From NCBI RefSeq assembly GCF_036321535.1, contig NC_087472.1, positions 96,164,001 to 96,228,000 of the forward strand: a stretch of DNA of 64,000 bases, given 5' to 3'. Below the pieces are notes generated by a model, which saw only the letters and a list, made by a program, of their open reading frames with translations, was not told the origin of the DNA and did not search any database. Positions within the stretch are counted from its first letter, which is position 1. Each line of letters starts with the position of its first letter. Of this stretch, positions 53,801 through 64,000 are shown one piece after another. A program made the translations under genes and the position numbers. This DNA is from Camelus dromedarius. Its lineage: Eukaryota.

Positions 53801-55792
53801 CCTGTCTCGTCTCCCCAATCTCCCTATCTTGGACTCAATGCTTGTGTCTGAGAAGCTCTCTCTCCTCTCTGTTCTCTGCTCTATTTTCTCCCCTTTACCC
53901 TCTCCTGATTCTCTCACTCTTGTATTCAATGCTTGTGTCTGAGAACCTGTCTCCTCCCTCCTCTCCTCTCCCCTCTCCTGAATCTCTCTCTCTTGGAATG
54001 AATGCTTGTGTCTCAGAATATCTCTCCTCTCTCCTGTCTCCATATGCCCTCACTCCTCACTCCTCTCTACTCTCTCATCTCCCCTCTACCAAAGCTCTCT
54101 CTCTCCGAATGATGCTTGTGTCTGAGAACCTCCCCATCTCTCCCCTCTCCAGTCTGCTCTCTCCCCAGTCTCTGCCTCTTGGAATGAATGCTTGTGTCTG
54201 AGAACCTATCTCCTTTCCCCTCTCCACTCTGCCAGAACTCTCTCTCTTGGAATGAATACTTGTGTCTGAGATCCTTTCTTCTCTCCCCAATATTTCTCTC
54301 TTGGAATAAATGCTTGTGTCTCAGACTATCTCTCCTCTCTCCTCACTCCTCTCCCCCCTCCCCCCTCCTCAATATCTCTCTCTTGGAATAAATGCTTGTG
54401 TCTCAGAATATCTCTCCTCTTTCCTCTAATCCTCTCATCCTCTCTCTCCTCTCCCCTCACTCCTCTCTCCACTCTCCCCTCTCCCCTCTCTCTCTCTCTT
54501 CGAATAAATTCATGTGTTTGAGATCCTCTCTCCTCTCTCCACACTCCACTCTCCCCAGTCTCTACCTATGAAATGAATGCTTCTGTCTGAGATCCTCCTC
54601 TCTCCCCAATATCTCTCTCTTGGAATGAATGCTTGTGTCTGAGAACCTCTCTCTCCTCTCTCCTCTCCCGTCAGTCCACTCTCCCATCACTCCACTCTCC
54701 CCAATATCTCTCTCTTGGAATGAATGCTTGTGTCTCAGAATATCTCTCCTCTCTCCTCTCTCCCCAGTCTCTGCCTCTTGGAATGAATGCTTGTGTCTGA
54801 GAACCTCTCTCTCCTCTCTCCTCACTCTTCTATCCTCTCTCCTCTCATCTCTCCCCTCTCCCCTCTCCCAAATCTCTCTCTCTTGGAATGAATACTTGTG
54901 TCACAGTATATCACTGCTCACTGCTCACTCCTCACTCCTCTCTCCCCTCTCCCCAATCTCTCTCCCTTGGAATGAAAGCTTGTATCTGAGATCCTCACTC
55001 CTCTCCCCTCCCCTCTCCCCCCTCTCCTCTCCTCAATATCTCTCTCTTGGAATAAATGCTTGTGTCTCAGAATATCTCTCCTCTCTCTCTCTCCTCTCTG
55101 TTCTACCCTCTCCCCACGCCCGAAGAACTCTCTCTCTCTCTCTCTCTCTCTCGCTCTCGCTCTCGCTCTCGGAATGATGCTTGTGTCTGAGACCTCTGTC
55201 CTCTCCCCTCTCTCTCCTCTCCCATCTCCCAAATCTCTCTCTCTTGGAATGAATGCTTGTGTCTGAGAACCTGTCTTCTATCTCCCCTTCCCCTCTCCGG
55301 AATCTGTCTCTCTTGGAATCAATGCTTATGTCTGAGAACCTCTCTCTCCTCTCTCCTCACTCCACTCTCCTCTGTCTTCTATCCTCTCTCCTCTCCCCAA
55401 TATCTCACTCTTGGAATAAATACTTGTGTCTCAGAATATCTCTCCTCTCTCCTCTCTCCACTAATCCTCTCATCCTCTCTCCCCTCACTCCTCTCTCCAC
55501 TCTCCCCTCTGCCCAAGCTCTCTCTCTTGAAATGAATTCTTGTGTCTGAGACCTCTCTCCTCTCCCCTCTCTCTCCTCTCCCCTCTCCCCAATCTCTCTC
55601 CCTTGGAATGAAAGCTTGTATCTGAGATCCTCACTCCTCTCCCCTCCCCTCTCCCCTGTCTCCTGTCTTCTCTCTCCTCTCCCCTCTCCCCCCTCTCCTC
55701 AATATCTCTCTCTTGGAATAAATGCTTGTGTCTCAGAATATCTCTCCTCTCTCTCTCTCCTCTCTGTTCTACCCTCTCCCCACGCCTGAAGG

Positions 55793-55829
<37 letters not shown>

Positions 55830-58800
55830 CCCTCCCGTCACTCCTCTCCCCTCTCTCCACTCTTAACTCTCCACAATCTCTCTCTCTTTGAATGAATGCT
55901 TGTGTCTGAGAACTTCTTTCTTGTCTCCTCTCCAGAATGTCTCTCTCTAGCAATCAATGCTTGTGTCTGAGAACCTGTCTCCTCTCTCCTCTGTCCTCTC
56001 TTCTCTCCCCTCTCGAAATGAATTCTTGTGTCTGAGACCTCTGTCCTCTCCCCTCTCTCTCCTCTCTCCTCTCCTGTCTCCTCTCTCCTCTCCCATCTCC
56101 CAAATCTCTCTCTCTTGGAATGAATGCTTGTGTCTGAGAACCTCTCTCTCCTCTCTCCTCACTCCACTCTCCTCTGTCTTCTATCCTCTCTCCTCTCCCC
56201 AATATCTCACTCTTGGAATAAATACTTGTGTCTCAGAATATCTCTCCTCTCTCCACTAATCCTCTCATCCTCTCTCCCGTCACTCCTCTCTCCACTCTCC
56301 CCTCTGCCCAATCTCTCTCTCTTGAAATGAATTCTTGTGTCTGAGACCTCTCTCCTCTCCCCTCTCTCTCCTCTCCCCTCTCCCCTGTCTCCTGTCTTCT
56401 CTCTCCTCTCTCCTGTCCCCTCTGCCCATTCTCTCCCTCTTGGAATGAATGCTTGTGTCTGAGAACCTCTCCCTCCTCTCTCCTCACTCCACTCTCCTCT
56501 GTCTTCTATCCTCTCTCCTGTCCCCAATATCTCTCTCTTGGAATGAATGCTTGTGTCTGAGAACGTCTCTCCTCTCCCCTCTCTCCTCACTCCTCTCCCC
56601 TCACCCTCTCACCAATCTCTCTCTTGGATCAATGCTTGTATCTGAGAACCTGTCTCCTGTCTCCTATCCCCTCTCCCCTCACTCCTCTCTCCTCTCTCCC
56701 CAATCTCTCTCTCTTGGAATGAATGCTTCTATCTGAGAACGTCTCTCTCCCGTCTCCCCTCTCCCTTCACTCATCACTCCTGACTACCATTTCCCCAAAC
56801 TCTCCCTCTTGGAATGAATGCTTGTATCTGTGAACCTGTCTCCTTTCCCCTCTCCACTCTGCCCAATCTCTCTCTCTTGGAATGAATGCTTGTGTCTCAG
56901 AATATCTCTCCCCTCTCCTCTCTCCCGTCTCCGCTCTCCCCAATCTCTCCCTCTTCGAATAAATTCATGTGTTTGGGAACCTCTCTCCTCTCTCCACTCT
57001 CCACTCACCACTCTCCCCAATCTCTCCCTATGGAATGAATGCTTCTGTCTGAGATCCTCTCCTCAATATCTCTCTCTTGGATTCAATGCTTGTGTCTGAG
57101 AACCTGTCTCCTGTCTCCTCTCCCCCTCTCCCGTCACTCCACTCTCCACTCTCCTCTCCCAAAACTCTCTCTCTGAATGAATTCTTGTGTCTGAGAATAT
57201 CTCTCCTCTCTCCTCAAATCCTTTCTCCCCTTTCCCCTGTCCCCTCACTCCTCTCTCCACTCTTTACTCTTCACTCTCCACTCTCCCCAATCTCTCTCCC
57301 TTGGAATGAAAGCTTGTATCTGAGATCCTCACTCCTCTCCCCTCCCCTCTCCCCTGTCTCCTGTCTTCTCTCTCCTCTCCCCTCTCCCCCCTCTCCTCAA
57401 TATCTCTCTCTTGGAATAAATGCTTGTGTCTCAGAATATCTCTCCTCTCTCTCTCTCCTCTCTGTTCTACCCTCTCCCCACGCCCGAAGAACTCTGTCTC
57501 TCTCTCTCGCTCTCTCGCTCTCGGAATGATGCTTGTGTCTGAGACCTGTGTCCTCTCTCCCCTCTCTCGAATCTCTCTATCTTGGAATGAATGCTTGTGT
57601 CTAAGAACCTGTCTCCTGTCTACTCTCCAATCTCCAACAACTCCTCTCCCCTCTCCCCAGTCTCTCTCTCTCTCGGAATGAATGCCTGTGTCTAAGAACC
57701 TGTCTCCTGTCTACTCTCCAATCTCCAACAACTCCTCTCCCCTCTCCCCAGTCCCTCTCTCCCTCTCTCCCTCTCTCCCTCTCTCCCTCTCTCCCTCTCT
57801 CCCTCTCTCCCTCTCTCCCTCTCTCTCTCTCTCCCTCTCTCGGAATGAATGCTTGTGTCTGAGAAACTCTTCCCTCTCCCCTCTCTCCTCACACCACACT
57901 CCACTCTCCTCTCTCTCCTAACCTCTCCCCTCTCCCCAATCTCTCTCTTGGAACGGTGCTTGTCTCTGAGAACTTTTCTCCTGTCTCCTGTCTCCTCTAC
58001 AGAATGTCTCTCTCTAGGAATCAATGCTTGTGTCTGAGAACCTGTCTCCTCTCTCCTCTGTCCTCTCCTCTCTCCCCTCTCGAAATGAATGCTTGTGTCT
58101 GAGACCTCTGTCCTCTCCCCTCTCTCTCCTCTCCCCTCTCCCCTTTCTCCTGTCTTCTCTATCCTCTCTCCTGTCCCCTCTGCCCATTCTCTCCCTCTTG
58201 GAATGAATACTTGTGTCTGAGATCCTCTCTCCTCTCCCCAATATCTCTCTCTTGGAATAAATGCTTGTGTCTCAGAATATCTCTCCTCTTTCCTCTAATC
58301 CTCTCATCCTCTCTCTCCTCTCCCCTCACTCCTCTCTCCACTCTCCCCTCTCCCCTCTCTCTCTCTCTTCGAATAAATTCATGTGTTTGAGATCCTCTCT
58401 CCTCTCTCCACACTCCACTCTCCCCAGTCTCTACCTATGAAATGAATGCTTCTGTCTGAGATCCTCCTCTCTCCCCAATGTCTCTCTCTTGGAATGAATG
58501 CTTGTGTCTGAGAACCTCTCTCTCCTCTCTCCTCACTCTTCTATCCTCTCTCCTCTCATCTCTCCTCTCTCCCCTCTCCCCAATCTCTCTCCCTTGGAAT
58601 GAAAGCTTGTATCTGAGATCCTCACTCCTCTCCCCTCCCCTCTCCCCTCTCCCCCCTCTCCTCTCCTCAATATCTCTCTCTTGGAATAAATGCTTGTGTC
58701 TCAGAATATCTCTCCTCTCTCTCTCTCCTCTCTGTTCTACCCTCTCCCCACGCCCGAAGAACTCTCTCTCTCTCTCTCTCTCTCTCGCTCTCGCTCTCGC

Positions 58801-61178
58801 TCTCGGAATGATGCTTGTGTCTGAGACCTCTGTCCTCTCCCCTCTCTCTCCTCTCCCCTCTCTCTCCTCTCTCTCCTCTCCCATCTCCCAAATCTCTCTC
58901 TCTTGGAATGAATGCTTGTGTCTGAGAACCTGTCTTCTATCTCCCCTTCCCCTCTCCGGAATCTGTCTCTCTTGGAATCAATGCTTATGTCTGAGAACCT
59001 CTCTCTCCTCTCTCCTCACTCCACTCTCCTCTGTCTTCTATCCTCTCTCCTCTCCCCAATATCTCACTCTTGGAATAAATACTTGTGTCTCAGAATATCT
59101 CTCCTCTCTCCTCTCTCCACTAATCCTCTCATCCTCTCTCCCCTCACTCCTCTCTCCACTCTCCCCTCTGCCCAATCTCTCTCTCTTGAAATGAATTCTT
59201 GTGTCTGAGACCTCTCTCCTCTCCCCTCTCTCTCCTCTGCCCTCTCCCCAATCTCTCCCTCTTGGAATGAATGCTTGTATCTGAGATCCTCACTCCTCTC
59301 CCCTCTCTCTCCACTCCCCTCTCCCCTGTCTCCTGTCTTCTCTCTCCTCTGCCCAATTTCTGTCTCTTGGATGAATGCTTTTGTTTGAGAACCTCTCCCC
59401 TCTCTCCTCTCCCGAATCTCTCTTTCTTGGAATGAATGCTTGTGTCTGAGAACCTCTCTCTCCACTCTCCCCTCCTCTCTCCACTCTTCACTCTCCACTC
59501 TCCCCAATATCTCTCTCTTGGAATGAATGCTTGTGTCCCAGAATATCTCTCCTCACTCCTCTCTCCGCTCCCCTCTCTCCTCTCCCCTCTGTCCGCTCCC
59601 CTCTCCCCTCTCCTGATTCTCTGTCTCTTGGAATGAATGCTTGTGTCTGAGAACCTCTCTCTCCTCTCTCCTCTCTCCACTCTCCACTCTTGTCTCTCCT
59701 TTCTCCCCTCTCCCCTCTCCCCAATCTCTCTGTCTTCGAATAAATTCATGTGTTTGAGAACCTCTCTCCACTCTCCAATCACCACTCTCCCCAATCTCTC
59801 CCTATGGAATGAATGCTTCTGTCTGAGATCCTCTCTCCTCTCCCCAATCTTTCTCTCTTGGAATGAATGCTTGTGTCTGAGAAGCTGTCTCTGCTCTCTC
59901 CTCTCTCTTTTACCCTTTCCCCTCTCCTGATTCTCTCTCTCTTGGATTCAATGCTTGTGTCTGAGAACCTGTCTCCTGTCTCCTGTCTCGTCTCCCCCTC
60001 TCCCGTCACTCCACTCTCCACTCTCCTCTCCCAAAACTCTCTCTCTGAATGAATTCTTGTGTCTCAGAATATCTCTCCTCTCTCCTCTAATCCTCTCTCC
60101 CCTTTCCCCTGTCCCCTCACTCCTCTCTCCACTCTTTACTCTCCACTCTCCCCAATCTCTCTCCCTTGGAATGAACCCTTGTATCTGAGATCCTCACTCC
60201 TCTCCCCTCCCCTCTACCCTGTCTCCTGTCTTCTCTCTCCTCTCCCCTCTCCCCCCTCTCCTCTCCTCAATATCTCTCTCTTGGAATAAATGCTTGTATC
60301 TCAGAGTATCTCTCCTCTCTCCTCTAATCCCCTCTCCCCTCTCCTGTCTCCTCTCTCCCCACTGCCCAATCTCTCTCTTTTGCAATGAATTCTTCTGTCT
60401 GAGAACCTCTGTCTCCTCTCTCCTCTCACATCTCCCAAATCTCTCTCTCTTGGAATGAAAGCTTGTGTCTCAGAATATCTCTCCCCTCTCCTCTCTCTAC
60501 TCTCCCTATCTCTCTCTCTTGGAATGAATGCTTGTGTCTGAGAAGCTCTCTCTCATCTCTGCTCTCTCTTCTCCCCTTTCCCCTCTCCTGATTCTCTCAC
60601 TCTTGGATTCAATGCTTGTGTCTGAGAACCTGTCTCCTGTCTCCTGTCTCCTCTCCCCCTCTCCCCCTCTCCCAAAACTCTCTCTCTGAATGAATTCTTG
60701 TGTCTCAGAATATCTCTCCTCTCTCCTCAAATCCTCTCTCCCCTTTCCCCTGTCCCCTCACTCCTCTCTCCACTCTTTACTCTTCACTCTCCACTCTCCC
60801 CAATCTCTCTCCCTTGGAATGAAAGCTTGTATCTGAGATCCTCACTCCTCTCCCCTCCCCTCTCCCCTGTCTCCTGTCTTCTCTCTCCTCTCCCCTCTCC
60901 CCCCTCTCCTCAATATCTCTCTCTTGGAATAAATGCTTGTGTCTCAGAATATCTCTCCTCTCTCTCTCTCCTCTCTGTTCTACCCTCTCCCCACGCCCGA
61001 AGAACTCTGTCTCTCTCTCTCGCTCTCTCGCTCTCTCGCTCTCGGAATGATGCTTGTGTCTGAGACCTGTGTCCTCTCTCCCCTCTCTCGAATCTCTCTA
61101 TCTTGGAATGAATGCTTGTGTCTAAGAACCTGTCTCCTGTCTACTCTCCAATCTCCAACAACTCCTCTCCCCTCTCCC

Positions 61179-61222
<44 letters not shown>

Positions 61223-61291
61223 GAATGCTTGTGTCTAAGAACCTGTCTCCTGTCTACTCTCCAATCTCCAACAACTCCTCTCCCCTCTCCC

Positions 61292-61385
<94 letters not shown>

Positions 61386-64000
61386 GAATGCTTGTGTCTG
61401 AGAAACTCTCCCCTCTTCCCTCTCCCCTCACACCACACTCCACTCTCCTCTCTCTTCTAACCTCTCCCCTCTCCCCAATCTCTCTCTCTTGGAACGGTGC
61501 TTGTGTCTGAGAACTTCTCTCCTGTCTCCTGTCTCCTCTCCAGAATGTCTCTCTCTAGGAATCGATGCTTGTGTCTGAGAACCTGTCTCCTCTCTCCTCT
61601 GTCCTCTCCTCTCTCCCCTCTCGAAATGAATTCTTGTGTCTGAGACCTCTGTCCTCTCCTCTCTCTCTCCTCTACCCTCTCTCTCCTCTCCTGTCTCCTC
61701 TCTCCTCTCCCATCTCCCAAATCTCTCTCTCTTGGAATGAATGCTTGTGTCTGAGAACCTGTCTTCTATCTCCCCTTCCCCTCTCCGGAATCTGTCTCTC
61801 TTGGAATCAATGCTTATGTCTGAGAACCTCTCTCTCCTCTCCCCTCACTCCACTCTCCTCTGTCTTCTATCCTCTCTCCTCTCCCCAATATCTCACTCTT
61901 GGAATAAATACTTGTGTCTCAGAATATCTCTCCTCTCTCCACTAATCCTCTCATCCTCTCTCCCCTCACTCCTCTCTCCACTCTCCCCTCTGCCCAATCT
62001 CTCTCTCTTGAAATGAATTCTTGTGTCTGAGACCTCTCTCCTCTCCCCTCTCTCTCCTCTCCCCTCTCCCCTCTCCCCAATCTCTCTCTCTTGGAGTGAA
62101 TGCTTGTATCTGAGATCCTCACTCCTCTCCCCTCACTCTCCACTCCCCTCTCCCCTGTCTCCTGTCTTCTCTCTCCTCTGCCCAATTTCTGTCTCTTGGA
62201 TGAATGCTTTTGTTTGAGAACCTCTCCCCTCTCTCCTCTCCCGAATCTCTCTTTCTTGGAATGAATGCTTGTGTCTGAGAAACTCTGTCTTCTCCCCTCT
62301 CCCCTCTCCTCACTCCACTCTCCTCTCTCCCCTATCTCTCTCTCTTGCAATGAATTGTTGTGTCTGAGAACTTCTCTCCTGTCTCCTCTCTCTTCTCCTG
62401 AATCTCTCTGTCTTGGAATGAATGCTTGTGTCTGAGAACCTCTCTCTCCACTCTCCTCTCCTCTCTCCACTCTTCACTCTCCACTCTCCCCAATATCTCT
62501 CTCTTGGAATGAATGCTTGTGTCCCAGAATATCTCTCCTCACTCCTCTCTCCGCTCCCGTCTCTCCTCTCCCCTCTGTCCGCTCCCCTCTCCCCTCTCCT
62601 GATTCTCTGTCTCTTGGAATGAATGCTTGTGTCTGAGAACCTCTCTCTCCTCTCTCCTCTCCTCTCTCTCCAATCTCTCCCTCTTGGAATGAATGCTTGT
62701 GTCTCAAAATATCTCTCCTCACTCCTCTCTCCACTCTTGTCTCTCCTTTCTCCCCTCTCCCCAATCTCTCTGTCTTCGAATAAATTCATGTGGTTGAGAA
62801 CCTCTCTCCTCTCTCCACTCTCCACTCACCACTCTCCCCAATCTCTCCCTATGGAATGAATGCTTCTGTCTGAGATCCTCTCCTCAATATCTCTCTCTTG
62901 GAATGAATGCTTGTGTCTGAGAAGCTCTCTCTGCTCTCTGCTCTCTCCTCTCTCTTTTACCCTTTCCTCTCTCCTGATTCTCTCTCTGTTGGATTCAATG
63001 CTTGTGTCTGAGAACCTGTCTCCTGTCTCCTGTCTCCTCTCCCCCTCTCCCCCTCTCCCCCTCTCCCAAAACTCTCTCTCTGAATGAATTCTTGTGTCTC
63101 AGAATATCTCTCCTCTCTCCTCTATTCCTCTCTCCCCTGTCCCCTCACTCCTCTATCTCTCCCTCTTGGTATGAATGCTTGTGTCTGAGATCCTCTCTCC
63201 TCTCCCCAATATCTCTCTCTTGGAATAAATGCTTGTGTCTCAGAATATCTCTCCTCTCTCCTCTAATCCTCTCATCCTATCTCCCCTCTACCCTCTCCGC
63301 TCTCCCCTCACTCCTCTCTCCACTCTCCCCTCTCCCCAATCTCTCTCTCTTCGAATAAATTCATGTGTTTGAGATCCTCTCTTCTCTCTCCACACTCCAC
63401 TCTCCCCAGTCTCTGCCTATGAAATGAATGCTTCTGTCTGAGATCCTCCTCTCTCCCCAATATCTCTCTCTTGGAATGAATGCTTGTGTCTGAGAACCTC
63501 TCTCTCCTCTCCCGTCAGTCCACTCTCCCCAATATCTCTCTCTTGGAATGAATGCTTGTGTCTCAGAATCTCTCTCCTCTCTCCTCTCTCCCCAGTCTCT
63601 GCCTCTTGGAATGAATGCTTGTGTCTGAGAACCTCTCTCTCCTCTCCCCTCTCCCCTCTCCCAAATCTCTCTCTCTTGGAATGAATACTTGTGTCACAGT
63701 ATATCACTGCTCACTGCTCACTCCTCACTCCTCTCTCCCCTCTCCCCAATCTCTCTCCCTTGGAATGAAAGCTTGTATCTGAGATCCTCACTCCTCTCCC
63801 CTCCCCTCTCCCCTGTCTCCTGTCTTCTCTCTCCTCTCCCCTCTCCCCCCTCTCTTCTCCTCAATCTCTCTCTTGGAATAAATGCTTGTGTCTCAGAATA
63901 TCTCTCCTCTCTCTCTCTCCTCTCTGTTCTACCCTCTCCCCACGCCCGACGAACTCTGTCTCTCTCTCTCTGGCTCTCTCGCCCTCGGAATGATGCTTGT
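50830..64000 (+). repeat. Pyrimidine-rich complex satellite: core cttggaatgaatgcttgtgtctgagaacc + variable CT-rich spacer, open at the window end
   Basis: The core recurs about 13 times per kb (hand count over 51-52 kb), so roughly 160-190 units in the window; spacers are about 10-130 bp built from ctct/ctcc/cccct. Confidence 0.97.
61295..61380. repeat. Perfect (TC)43 microsatellite inside the satellite
   Basis: Uninterrupted tc run of 86 bp. Confidence 0.9.

Noticed and set aside
51056..63707. Many ORFs rich in S/L/P (+ strand) or R/E/G (- strand)
   Set aside because: They are translations of CT/GA low-complexity repeats that lack stop codons; no coding evidence.
50830..64000. CRISPR-like appearance (constant repeat plus variable spacers)
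   Set aside because: Mammalian intron with no cas genes; spacers are low-complexity, variable in length and themselves repeated.

Overview
Mammalian genomic DNA, very probably camelid (several tRNA-derived Vic-1-type SINEs; no Alu, Bov-tA or PRE-1 recognised). The + strand carries five consecutive internal coding exons of PCYT1B (CTP:phosphocholine cytidylyltransferase beta; X-linked in other placental mammals) at 7065-7181, 25296-25447, 27962-28040, 37088-37230 and 39874-40062, all GT-AG and phase-compatible. The first exons and the terminal exon are not in the window. The introns are dense with retroelements and DNA-transposon fossils. Notable structure: (i) a perfect 118-bp inverted repeat in an old MaLR LTR; (ii) a Charlie/hAT element with TIRs and an 8-bp TSD, stretched to about 11.6 kb by nested insertions; (iii) inside it, an ERV env/U3-R transcript that appears to have been retroposed by L1 (poly-A, 12-bp TSD, no U5); (iv) a small L1 3' transduction; (v) a 5.2-kb TSD-flanked, RT-deleted mosaic L1 whose non-L1 3' tail recurs inside the element; (vi) a pyrimidine-rich intronic satellite of over 13 kb (from about 50.8 kb past the window end), made of a conserved ~29-bp core, variable CT-rich spacers and patchwork higher-order repeats. 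Repeat-family names come from remembered consensus sequences and are unverified by search.
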